From contig NZ_CP015137.1 in the NCBI RefSeq assembly GCF_001644705.1, positions 720,001 through 752,000 of the forward strand: DNA of 32,000 nt, read 5' to 3'. The notes under the pieces were generated by a model. It did no database searches. It saw nothing but the letters and a program-made list of their open reading frames with translations, and was not told the DNA's origin. This document shows positions 9,030 to 17,025 of this stretch, one piece after another (the first letter of the stretch is position 1; every line of letters starts with the position of its first letter). This stretch comes from Dickeya solani IPO 2222 (GTDB lineage Bacteria; Pseudomonadota; Gammaproteobacteria; Enterobacterales; Enterobacteriaceae). Both the position numbers and the translations under genes were made by a program.

Positions 9030-10177
9030 TCAATGTCGGCATTATCGGTTCAGGCTTCATCGGGCCTGCACATATCGACGCTATCCGGCGGTTAGGGTTC
9101 GTCAATGTGGTCGCGCTATGCGACAGCACCCTTGCACTGGCGCAGGAAAAAGCCCGCCAGTTAGCTATCCCCCATGCCTATGGCGACGTTGACGCGCTGC
9201 TGAATCATCCCGGTCTGGATGTGGTGCACAACTGCACGCCCAATTACCTGCATGCCGCCATCAATCGCAAAGTGATGCTGGCAGGCAAACATATCTTTTC
9301 CGAAAAGCCGCTCTGCATGACCAGCGAAGAAGCCCGCGAACTGGTCGCGCTGGCGCAGGAAAAAGGCATCGTTCATGGGGTTAGCTTTGTTTACCGCCAC
9401 TTCGCGATGGTGCAGCAGGCGGCCAGCATGATCCGCCGGGAGACACTGGGCCGCCTGTTTGCCGTACACGGCGGCTACCTGCAGGACTGGATGCTCTACG
9501 AAACCGACTATAACTGGCGCGTCGATGCCGCTAAAGGCGGCCTGTCGCGTACCGTCGCCGACATCGGCTCCCACTGGTGCGACACCATCCAGTTTGTCAC
9601 CGGCCGTAAAATCGTCGAAGTGATGGCGGACCTCGCCACCGTCTACCCCACGCGTAAGGCCAGCCGCCATGCGGCGGCTACCTTTGGCGGCCCGGATGCG
9701 GCGACGGAATATGAGGACAAACCCGTGACCACCGAAGACTTCGCCGCCATCCTGCTGCGTTTTGATGATGACAGCCGCGGCAGTCTGACGGTATCTCAGG
9801 TAAGTGCCGGCAGAAAAAACCGCCTTCACTTTGAAATCAATGGCGGGCGGGCCTCGCTGGCCTGGGATCAGGAACTGCCGCAAAATCTGTGGATCGGGCA
9901 GCGGGACCGCCCCAATCAACTACTGTGTGATGATCCGACGTTGATGAATGCGGATGTATCCAGCCAGGCCCATTTTCCCGGCGGCCACATTGAAGGCTGG
10001 CCCGATGCGTTTAAAAACATGATGCTGCGCTTTTATAGCTATATTCGGGAAGGGAAGCAGCCACAGGTCGATCCCTGCGATTTTGCAACGTTCCACGACG
10101 GCGCCACCATTATGTTCATCATTGATGCGATAGTGCGCAGCCACCGGGAACAACGCTGGATTGCCATACCGGCATAA
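9026..10177 (+). CDS. Gfo/Idh/MocA-family NAD(P)-dependent oxidoreductase
   Basis: N-terminal Rossmann MINVGIIGSGFIGPAHIDAI, the EKP motif (FSEKPL) and the DIGSHWCD motif typical of the family. No signal peptide. Confidence 0.88.
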   Translation: MINVGIIGSGFIGPAHIDAIRRLGFVNVVALCDSTLALAQEKARQLAIPHAYGDVDALLNHPGLDVVHNCTPNYLHAAINRKVMLAGKHIFSEKPLCMTSEEARELVALAQEKGIVHGVSFVYRHFAMVQQAASMIRRETLGRLFAVHGGYLQDWMLYETDYNWRVDAAKGGLSRTVADIGSHWCDTIQFVTGRKIVEVMADLATVYPTRKASRHAAATFGGPDAATEYEDKPVTTEDFAAILLRFDDDSRGSLTVSQVSAGRKNRLHFEINGGRASLAWDQELPQNLWIGQRDRPNQLLCDDPTLMNADVSSQAHFPGGHIEGWPDAFKNMMLRFYSYIREGKQPQVDPCDFATFHDGATIMFIIDAIVRSHREQRWIAIPA

Positions 10178-10182
10178 TCCCC

Positions 10183-10220
10183 GATAGTCCGGCGGATATC
10201 AGCCGGACTATCGATTTTTT
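10183..10220 (+). terminator. Rho-independent terminator of the transporter/TIM/oxidoreductase operon
   Basis: GATAGTCCGGC-GGATATCA-GCCGGACTATC, an 11-bp perfect stem followed by GATTTTTT. Confidence 0.85.
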
Positions 10221-10280
10221 CGAGAAAACAAACTGTGATAGCCTGTTTGCAGAGCTCATGTTCAGGAATGTTTTCCCATT

Positions 10281-11261
10281 ATGTCGATTCAAAAAATCGC
10301 ACGACTTGCCGGCGTTTCCGTGGCAACCGTATCGCGGGTGCTGAATAATCAGGACTCCGTTAAGCCCCAAAACCGTGAACGTGTACTAAACGCCATCCAA
10401 CAAAGCAATTACCAGCCCAATTTACTCGCCAGACAATTGCGCACCGCCAAAAGTCATATGCTGCTGGTCATGGTTTCCAATATCGCCAACCCATTCTGCG
10501 CCGATGTGGTAAAAGGCATTGAATCCGAAGCGGAGCAGAACGGATACCGCATTCTGTTATGTAATTCCGGCTCGGATACGGCGCGGGCAAAATCCAGCCT
10601 GTCGTTATTGTCCGGAAAAATGGTCGATGGGGTGATTACCATGGACGCATTATCCCGTTTGCCGGAATTGACCACGATGATAGGCGACGCGCCCTGGGTA
10701 CAGTGCGCCGAATACGCCGATGCGGCGGCGGTTTCCAGCGTCGGTATTGATGACCGGCTGGCATCCCGTTTTGTGCTTGAACACCTGTTAAAAAATAACC
10801 GCCAGCGTATTGCCATGATCAACCACGACCTGAATTATAAATATGCCCAACTGCGGGAACAGGGTTATCGGGAAATGATTGCCGAGCACGCGCGTCCCTA
10901 TTCCTCGGTTATTTATGCCAGTGAACTCAGTTACGAGGCGGGGAAAAAAGCCATGCTCGCGTTGCTTGATAAGGAAATACGGCCAGACGCGGTATTTGCC
11001 GTGTCAGACACGCTGGCGGCCGGCGCGTTAAAAGCGATTGAAGATGAGGGATTGCAGGTGGCGAAAGATATTGCCGTGATCGGTTTTGACGGTACCGAGT
11101 TAAGCTATATTACCTCGCCGCAATTAAGCACCGTCCAGCAGCCTTCACGGGAAATCGGTCAACAGGCCGTCAAATTGCTGCTGCAAAAAATCAATGACCC
11201 TGATAGTCCTCCGGAAAAAAGAATCCTGGACTGGCAATTTATTTCCCGGGCATCAGGTTAA
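10281..11261 (+). CDS. LacI/GalR-family transcriptional regulator
   Basis: N-terminal HTH IQKIARLAGVSVATVSRVLNN plus a periplasmic-binding-protein-like sugar-binding core. Confidence 0.92.
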   Translation: MSIQKIARLAGVSVATVSRVLNNQDSVKPQNRERVLNAIQQSNYQPNLLARQLRTAKSHMLLVMVSNIANPFCADVVKGIESEAEQNGYRILLCNSGSDTARAKSSLSLLSGKMVDGVITMDALSRLPELTTMIGDAPWVQCAEYADAAAVSSVGIDDRLASRFVLEHLLKNNRQRIAMINHDLNYKYAQLREQGYREMIAEHARPYSSVIYASELSYEAGKKAMLALLDKEIRPDAVFAVSDTLAAGALKAIEDEGLQVAKDIAVIGFDGTELSYITSPQLSTVQQPSREIGQQAVKLLLQKINDPDSPPEKRILDWQFISRASG

Positions 11262-11335
11262 GGTATTATGTGCTACGCGATGACCTGCCGATGTTCTGAA
11301 AAACAACAGATCTCTGGTTGATTAACGCTGGCGGT

Positions 11336-11369
11336 GGTACAGACAACCCCATAATAGATTGTCTGTACC
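11336..11369. terminator. Stem-loop between convergent genes (possible bidirectional terminator)
   Basis: GGTACAGACAA-12 nt-TTGTCTGTACC, an 11-bp perfect stem with no clear U-tract on either strand. Confidence 0.4.
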
Positions 11370-11393
11370 GGTTCAATAAAAGTTCATGTCATC

Positions 11394-12248
11394 TTAGGGA
11401 TTGACATTTTTTAGCAGAAATTTCCTGGCGGTGGTGATAATCGAATAAGGATCTTTTGGGGCATCGTGTTCAACGATAAACCAGATTTTCCCCGCTTTTT
11501 CTGCCGCGGGGAAGATTTCACTCCAGGTCAGAATACCTTCCCCGGCCGGCGCAAAATTCATTTCATCATCACGAGTGCCAATCGGCGCGTGATCCTTGGC
11601 ATGAACGGCAAACACCCGTCCTTTATATTTTTTCAGCAGACGCGCCGGGTCCTGACCGCCTCGCGTCACCCAAGCCATATCCAGCTCGATTGCCAGATTA
11701 GGGGCATGGTCAAAAAGAATTTCCAGCGCCGTTTTACCGTTATATTTTTTCATCTCAAAATCATGGTTATGATAGCCCAGCGTCATTCCCTGCTTTTTAA
11801 GATGACGCGCCAGATTATCCAGTTCCTGCGCCATGTCTTTCCATGCCTGCGCGCTGGCTGGCCGGTCAGCCGGCTCAATCCAGGGAACAATCAAGACACG
11901 ATTCCCGACAGCGTTGTTAAATGCGACCACACTCTGCATATCCTGCCGCAAATTAGTGAGCTGCACATGAGCCGATATCGCCTTCAGGTTATATTTCTCA
12001 AGCAGGGTTTTCATCTCATCAGACGACACATTATGGTCGCCAACCAACTCTACGGCATTGAAGCCTGCCTTATTCGCCATTGCAAACTGCTCTTCCAGCG
12101 AGCCGACATGACGCAGGGTATACATTTGCAGGGCAATCGGCACATTCCCTTTTCCCGCTTCAAGATTCGCCCTGGCAAGTAATGGCAACGCATTGAGGGT
12201 AAACAACGAGATAAAAAGTGATAAACGTAAAAATCGCTTCAGGTCCAT
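11394..12248 (-). CDS. Secreted (Sec signal peptide) xylose-isomerase-like TIM-barrel protein
   Basis: MDLKRFLRLSLFISLFTLNALPLLARA|NLE is a classic n-h-c signal with an AXA site. The mature part resembles sugar phosphate isomerase/epimerase folds (HNHDFE, VHAKD, FIVEHD). GGAGA Shine-Dalgarno. Confidence 0.8.
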   Translation of the reverse strand: MDLKRFLRLSLFISLFTLNALPLLARANLEAGKGNVPIALQMYTLRHVGSLEEQFAMANKAGFNAVELVGDHNVSSDEMKTLLEKYNLKAISAHVQLTNLRQDMQSVVAFNNAVGNRVLIVPWIEPADRPASAQAWKDMAQELDNLARHLKKQGMTLGYHNHDFEMKKYNGKTALEILFDHAPNLAIELDMAWVTRGGQDPARLLKKYKGRVFAVHAKDHAPIGTRDDEMNFAPAGEGILTWSEIFPAAEKAGKIWFIVEHDAPKDPYSIITTARKFLLKNVNP

Positions 12249-12350
12249 AAGATTCTCCAGATAGATGTTCCTTGTTTTTTGTTATTCCGTCTCAATTACT
12301 CCCTGTCAGTCAGATATCATATTCAGGCATTAACCGTAGGGTCTTTCATA

Positions 12351-12370
12351 AAAAGTAATCGATTACTTTT
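12351..12370. promoter_or_regulatory. Operator O3, a 20-bp perfect palindrome AAAAGTAATCGATTACTTTT
   Basis: Same core as O1/O2, about 100-120 bp upstream of the start of the secreted TIM-barrel gene. Confidence 0.7.
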
Positions 12371-12587
12371 TATGTTAATCAGAAAGAAAAATTTCATCAA
12401 CAAGGCATTATCAATTAGCTGTCTGCGTCACAAAAACGGAAAAGCAGGCGTATCGACATACCCGCATCGCCGTTAATGCTCTTTCGATGTTATTCAGAAT
12501 AAGACGGTATCTATCGCCATATTTTTTTATCTGGCCGCAATAACATGCTCTTTTCAGCCGATGCGCATTTCTTTTTACGACCATCGC

Positions 12588-12612
12588 GTTCTCAGGAATG
12601 GTTCCTGAGAAC
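12588..12612. other. Perfect 11-bp stem-loop downstream of thiD
   Basis: GTTCTCAGGAA-TGG-TTCCTGAGAAC. Function unclear (terminator or protein site). Confidence 0.4.
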
Positions 12613-12621
12613 GTGTGTTCG

Positions 12622-12650
12622 TTGCCGACGGCTTTTTCTGCCGCCGGCAA
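12622..12650 (-). terminator. Stem-loop immediately after the thiD stop (terminator candidate, no U-tract)
   Basis: TTGCCGACGGC-TTTTTCT-GCCGCCGGCAA, 10/11 bp paired. Confidence 0.35.
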
Positions 12651-12661
12651 TCAGTAACGCG

Positions 12662-13465
12662 TCACCACCAGCGGTGGAAATGGTGTACCGGGCCGATGCC
12701 GTGGCCAACCTCCAGCGAATCCGCCTGTTCCAGCGCCCCTTGCAGATAGGCTCGCGCCGCAGACAGGGTATCCGGCCAGTTGTCATGACGCGGGCGTAAC
12801 GCCGCCAGCGCCGCCGACAGCGTGCAGCCGGTGCCGTGCGTATGCCGGGTGTTGACGCGCGGTGCACTCAACCGCACCGGCTCCGCATCCGGCATGAGCA
12901 GCCAGTCCGGGCTTTCGCTGTCGCTCAGGTGACCGCCTTTCATCAGCACTGCCTGACACCCCATCGCCAGCAGCGCATCCCCCTGCCGGCGCATGCCCCG
13001 TTCATCGTCGGCGGGCGCGCACTGCAACAGCGCCGCCGCCTCCGGCAGATTGGGGGTGATCAACGACACCCGCGGCAACAACAGCTGGCGTACCGCCGCC
13101 ACCGCTTCCGGCGCCAGCAGCGGATCGCCGCTTTTCGCCAGCATCACCGTGTCCAACACCACATACGGCACCGGGTAGCGTTGTAGCCGGTCCGCCACCG
13201 CTTCCACGATATCCGTCTGCGCCAGCATACCGATTTTGGCGCTATCGATGCGCACATCGCTCAGCACCGAATCCAACTGGGCGGCGACAAACGCCGGTTC
13301 AATGCGATAGACCGACTGCACGCCGCGCGTATTCTGCGCCACCAGCGCGGTAATCACGCTGGTGCCGTAAGCGCCCAGCGCCGAGAACGTTTTAAGGTCG
13401 GCCTGAATACCGGCGCCGCCGCTCGGGTCGGTGCCGGCGATGGTCAGCGCGTTGATGCGTTTCAT
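12662..13465 (-). CDS. thiD: Hydroxymethylpyrimidine/phosphomethylpyrimidine kinase ThiD
   Basis: [34 protein letters not shown] is the canonical ThiD N-terminus. The ATG at 13465 overlaps the thiM stop (ATGA). The 374-aa ORF-track extension overlaps thiM and is spurious. Confidence 0.94.
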   Translation of the reverse strand: MKRINALTIAGTDPSGGAGIQADLKTFSALGAYGTSVITALVAQNTRGVQSVYRIEPAFVAAQLDSVLSDVRIDSAKIGMLAQTDIVEAVADRLQRYPVPYVVLDTVMLAKSGDPLLAPEAVAAVRQLLLPRVSLITPNLPEAAALLQCAPADDERGMRRQGDALLAMGCQAVLMKGGHLSDSESPDWLLMPDAEPVRLSAPRVNTRHTHGTGCTLSAALAALRPRHDNWPDTLSAARAYLQGALEQADSLEVGHGIGPVHHFHRWW

Positions 13466-14256
13466 GCCAGCGCCTCCCGGTTCAGGGTATAGAGCGCATC
13501 CAGGAACGCGGGGATGAAACTGCCCGGCCCACGCGCCTGCGCCGCGGCCTGCTGCCCGCAGCGGGACATCACTGCACAGGCGGCGGCGACGTGACTGAGC
13601 CGGTCGCCCTCCAGCGCGCAGAAACCGGCCACCACCGCCGACAGCGCGCACCCGGTGCCGACCACCCGCGTCATCAGCGGATCGCCGCCGGGTACCGCCA
13701 GCACCCGCTCGCCGTCGGTCACGTAATCCACCTCGCCGGTTACCGCCACGCAGGTGGCCCAGCGGCGCGCCAGCGTCACGGCGCAAGGCAGCGCCGCCAG
13801 CACCTCGTTGCCGCTGTCCACCCCACGCCCGGCCGAACGTTCGCCGGCCAGCGCCATGACTTCGGAGGCGTTGCCGCGGATTGCCGCCGGCTTCATCGCC
13901 AACAGTTCAAAAGCAAACTCGGTGCGAAAACGCAGGCCGCCCACCGCTACCGGGTCCAACACCCACGGCGTGCCGACCTCAATAGCGCTTGTCACCGCCG
14001 CGCGCATCGCCTGCGCGCGGTCGACTTCAAGCGTACCCAGATTAATTAGTAACCCATCAGCCAGCGCGCTGAACTGCGCCGCTTCGCCGGCATCCACCAC
14101 CATCGCGGGCGAGGCGCCCAGCGCCAGCAGCACATTGGCGGTAAACCCCTGCACCACCTCATTGGTGAGGCAGTGCACCAGCGGTGCGCGCAAACGGAAA
14201 GCATCAAGGGAATCCGCGACGGACGCGGCAGGGAAAAGTACAGGTCGAGCGTTCAT
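13462..14256 (-). CDS. thiM: Hydroxyethylthiazole kinase ThiM
   Basis: [25 protein letters not shown] and GTGCALS motifs. Preceded by a TPP riboswitch and a GGGAGG Shine-Dalgarno. Confidence 0.94.
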   Translation of the reverse strand: MNARPVLFPAASVADSLDAFRLRAPLVHCLTNEVVQGFTANVLLALGASPAMVVDAGEAAQFSALADGLLINLGTLEVDRAQAMRAAVTSAIEVGTPWVLDPVAVGGLRFRTEFAFELLAMKPAAIRGNASEVMALAGERSAGRGVDSGNEVLAALPCAVTLARRWATCVAVTGEVDYVTDGERVLAVPGGDPLMTRVVGTGCALSAVVAGFCALEGDRLSHVAAACAVMSRCGQQAAAQARGPGSFIPAFLDALYTLNREALA

Positions 14257-14392
14257 AAACCTCCCAACCGGCGGAAAGAAGGCGGTACCGGCGGGATACC
14301 GTGACTTCCCTACGCTGGCATAATCCAGATCAGGTAATACGGGTCTATCTCAGCCGATTTCCGTGACAGGAAAGCGGCACCCCGAGTCAACG
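14257..14392 (-). promoter_or_regulatory. TPP (THI-box) riboswitch leader of thiMD
   Basis: Minus strand reads GACTCGGGGTGCC...GGCTGAGATAGACCCGTATTACCTGATCTGGATTATGCCAGCGTAGGGAAGTCACGG. This is nearly identical to the E. coli thiM aptamer core (CUGAGA...ACCUGAUCUGGAUAAUGCCAGCGUAGGGAA). Confidence 0.95.
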
Positions 14393-14398
14393 AACGCC

Positions 14399-14428
14399 AT
14401 TATTGGAAGCATTAACCCAAAAGGTCAA
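14399..14428 (-). promoter_or_regulatory. Predicted thiM promoter
   Basis: Minus strand has TTGACC (14428-14423), an 18-nt spacer and AATAAT (14404-14399), just upstream of the aptamer. Confidence 0.55.
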
Positions 14429-14434
14429 CGGCAG

Positions 14435-14460
14435 AAAAAAGACGCCGACGGCGATACGTC
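14435..14460 (-). terminator. Weak terminator candidate after the PatB-like gene
   Basis: Minus strand reads GACGTATCGCCGTCGGCGTC followed by TTTTTT. The stem is short and imperfect. Confidence 0.4.
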
Positions 14461-14502
14461 ATGCCTCGCCATGCCGGTCATCGCTATACCAGCCATCCGG
14501 CT

Positions 14503-15678
14503 CTAGGCAAACACATCGGCTAATTTCGCCAGCGCGGAACGCAGCAGTGCGCGCCGGCAGGCAAAATTAATCCGGGCAAATCCGGCGTACGCCGCACCGA
14601 ATTTCGCGCCGTCATCCAGCCACAGCCCGGCGCGGTTAAGCAAGGTCGCCTGTAAATCGGCCAGCGCAATGCCGCTTTCCCGGAAATCCAGCCAGCCAAG
14701 ATAGAGCGCGTCGGCGTCAAACAGCCGAACCCGTGAGTGCGGGCCAAGGCTCGCCTGCACCAGCGCCCGGTTATCGCGCAAATAGTCCAGCAGCGCGGAC
14801 AGCCACGGCCCGCCATGACGGTAAGCCGCTTCGCAGGCCGCCAGCCCCAGCATATTGGGAATATGCAATGAGCAACGCGCATAGCTTCGTTTCAGCGCGT
14901 CGCGTATCGTCTTATTGGCAATAAACAGATTGGAAGTCTGCAATCCCGCCAGGTTGAACGTCTTGCTGGGCGAGGTGCAGGTAATGCTGTGCTCAGCAAA
15001 CTCGTCGTTAATGCTGGCGAAAGGCTGATGCCGTTTATCAGGATTCAGGATCAAATCCTGATGAATTTCATCAGAGACGACCATCACGCCATGACGTCGG
15101 CAGATGTTGCCCATCGCCAGCAGTTCGTCCCGGCTCCAGACATGACCGGTCGGGTTGTGCGGGTTGCATAAAAAAAACAGCCGCGTCGTCGGGGTGATCG
15201 CCTGTTCGAAGGCATCAAGATCCAGCGTATACCCGGATGCCGTCTCGGTTAATGGCGCCGTCACCACCTGCCGGTCGTTCATGGTTACGCAGTGATAAAA
15301 CGGCCCGTAAACCGGCGGCTGGATCAACACCCCCTCCCCCGGCTGGGTAAAGGTCTGCACAATCATGCTCAGGCTGTTCACCACCCCTGGGCTCTGCACA
15401 ATCCAGTCCTGATGGATTTTCCAGCCATGATGATGCAACTGCCATTGGATAATGGCGTCAAACAGGGTTTCGCTGGCTCGCGTATACCCAAAGACGCCCT
15501 GACTGACGGCGTCGTGCAACGCCTGTTGCACCTCATCCGGGCACCTAAAATCCATATCCGCAATCCACAACGGCAGCGGTGGCCGAGAGGCAGGGTGCGG
15601 CAGATACGGAGAGGGGTATTCCCATTTCAGTAAATGCGAATGTGAAAAATCGATAACCTCATCGAAACGGCACGCCAT
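14503..15678 (-). CDS. PLP-dependent aminotransferase class I/II, MalY/PatB subfamily (cystathionine beta-lyase-type C-S lyase)
   Basis: About 390 aa with LWIADMDF, FLCNPHNPTG, VVSDEIH and TSPSKTFNLAGL (PLP lysine), typical of MalY/PatB. GGAGTGAG Shine-Dalgarno, 36 nt after the MFS gene. Confidence 0.85.
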   Translation of the reverse strand: MACRFDEVIDFSHSHLLKWEYPSPYLPHPASRPPLPLWIADMDFRCPDEVQQALHDAVSQGVFGYTRASETLFDAIIQWQLHHHGWKIHQDWIVQSPGVVNSLSMIVQTFTQPGEGVLIQPPVYGPFYHCVTMNDRQVVTAPLTETASGYTLDLDAFEQAITPTTRLFFLCNPHNPTGHVWSRDELLAMGNICRRHGVMVVSDEIHQDLILNPDKRHQPFASINDEFAEHSITCTSPSKTFNLAGLQTSNLFIANKTIRDALKRSYARCSLHIPNMLGLAACEAAYRHGGPWLSALLDYLRDNRALVQASLGPHSRVRLFDADALYLGWLDFRESGIALADLQATLLNRAGLWLDDGAKFGAAYAGFARINFACRRALLRSALAKLADVFA

Positions 15679-15714
15679 ATCTCACTCCAATACCGGACAT
15701 AACGTCGGTAAGCA

Positions 15715-17025
15715 TCAATTCAGGGAAGATTTTTCGAGATCCGCCGGTTCCGATTGATGCCGTCTGATACGGCTCATCCGGTAGACTTGCAGTTGCAGCA
15801 GCAGCGCCACGGCCAGCAGGAAATAGGCGGCAATCATCGGCGACCAATCGTCGCGCCAGCTATTCATGACAACCCAGGCGACCAGCGAAGAGAACGACAT
15901 CTGTATCGCCGCCATCAGCGCGGAAGCCTGTCCGGCCAGCGATTTGAACGGAGACAACGCCACCGCCGCCCCGGTCGCAATCAGTACGGAGAAACCCAGG
16001 CTGCCCAGTGTGGCCGAAAGCAGATAAGGCCAGACCGAGACGGTCAACACATGAATCGTCATTATAAAGCCGGTCATGGCCAGTAGAATCAACACCGCGC
16101 CGCCATACAGAATCACGGTTTCTTTCACTCGCCCCAGCAGCCGGGCGGTCAGCAGGCTGCCGCCGGTGATGGCCAGGGCGTTGACGGCAAAGTAGTACCC
16201 AAATTGATCCACCGGGATATGCAGCGTTTCGATCAGTACGATGGGCGAACTGGAAAAGAAAATCAGTTGCGTGGCAAAACCGAAACTGGCGGCAAAACAT
16301 CCCAACCGAAACTCGGGGTGGCGAAAAACCGTCAGATATCCGGAGAAAACGTTTAGCGACGATGCCGGGGAAAGCGCGTCAGAACGCGCGCGGTTGCACG
16401 CCGCAGGCAGCGGTTTCCACCACGCCAGCACACCGCACAGCAACGCGAAGGCGCCCAGCGCATAAAAGCTGGAACGCCAGCCATAGTGTACGATCAGCAG
16501 CCCGCCTATCACCGGCGCCAGCACTGGGACCAGGCTTATCACGCCGTTAAGCAGGCTGAACACTTTCCCGATAGCCGCGCCCTGAAAGCGCAGCGGCACG
16601 CTGGCCGAGGCGGCAACCGCCATCGCGCCGGCTCCGCATCCCTGCACCAGTCGCAGCGCGATAAACCATGAAATCGTGTCGGTAAAATACACGCCGATCG
16701 CGCTTAGCGCGTAAACCACGCTGCCGCACAACAACACGCATTGCGCGCCGAGGCGGTCGACCAGCGGCCCGAAGAACAGCTGACTGAGGCTCAAACACAG
16801 CACAAATCCGCTGATAATCCATTGCGTCATCCCCGGCATGCTGCCCAGCTCATGGGACATCAGCGGCACGCCGGGGAGGCAAATATCCAGCCCCAGCGGC
16901 GCGGCGACCACTAACGGGAACAGGCCGGCGACCCGTCCCAGACTCCCTTTTTCCAACCCCATACTCTCTTTTTCCAACCCCACGCTCTCTTTTTCCAACC
17001 CCACGCTCTCTTTTTTCAGCCCCAT
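15715..17025 (-). CDS. MFS transporter, Bcr/CflA-like drug/metabolite exporter, with a repeat-encoded N-terminal tail
   Basis: 12-TMS pattern and an MFS loop motif (GPLVDRLG). The ATG at 17025 overlaps the TGA of the upstream gene (GTGATG). An alternative start at 16962 would skip the repeat. Confidence 0.8.
   Translation of the reverse strand: MGLKKESVGLEKESVGLEKESMGLEKGSLGRVAGLFPLVVAAPLGLDICLPGVPLMSHELGSMPGMTQWIISGFVLCLSLSQLFFGPLVDRLGAQCVLLCGSVVYALSAIGVYFTDTISWFIALRLVQGCGAGAMAVAASASVPLRFQGAAIGKVFSLLNGVISLVPVLAPVIGGLLIVHYGWRSSFYALGAFALLCGVLAWWKPLPAACNRARSDALSPASSLNVFSGYLTVFRHPEFRLGCFAASFGFATQLIFFSSSPIVLIETLHIPVDQFGYYFAVNALAITGGSLLTARLLGRVKETVILYGGAVLILLAMTGFIMTIHVLTVSVWPYLLSATLGSLGFSVLIATGAAVALSPFKSLAGQASALMAAIQMSFSSLVAWVVMNSWRDDWSPMIAAYFLLAVALLLQLQVYRMSRIRRHQSEPADLEKSSLN
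16943..17025. repeat. About 3.5-4 tandem copies of a 21-bp unit (plus strand CCCCAYRCTCTCTTTTTCCAA), in frame in the MFS 5' end
   Basis: Units at 16957-16977, 16978-16998 and 16999-17019, plus partial copies on each side. They encode (GLEKESV/M)n: MGLKKESVGLEKESVGLEKESMGLEKGS. Confidence 0.95.

Noticed and set aside
13466-13786. N-terminal 107-aa extension of the thiD ORF (ORF track 12662..13786)
   Set aside because: It overlaps thiM in another frame and is Arg/Gly/Ala-rich, an artefact of high GC. The canonical ThiD N-terminus starts at the ATGA overlap at 13465.
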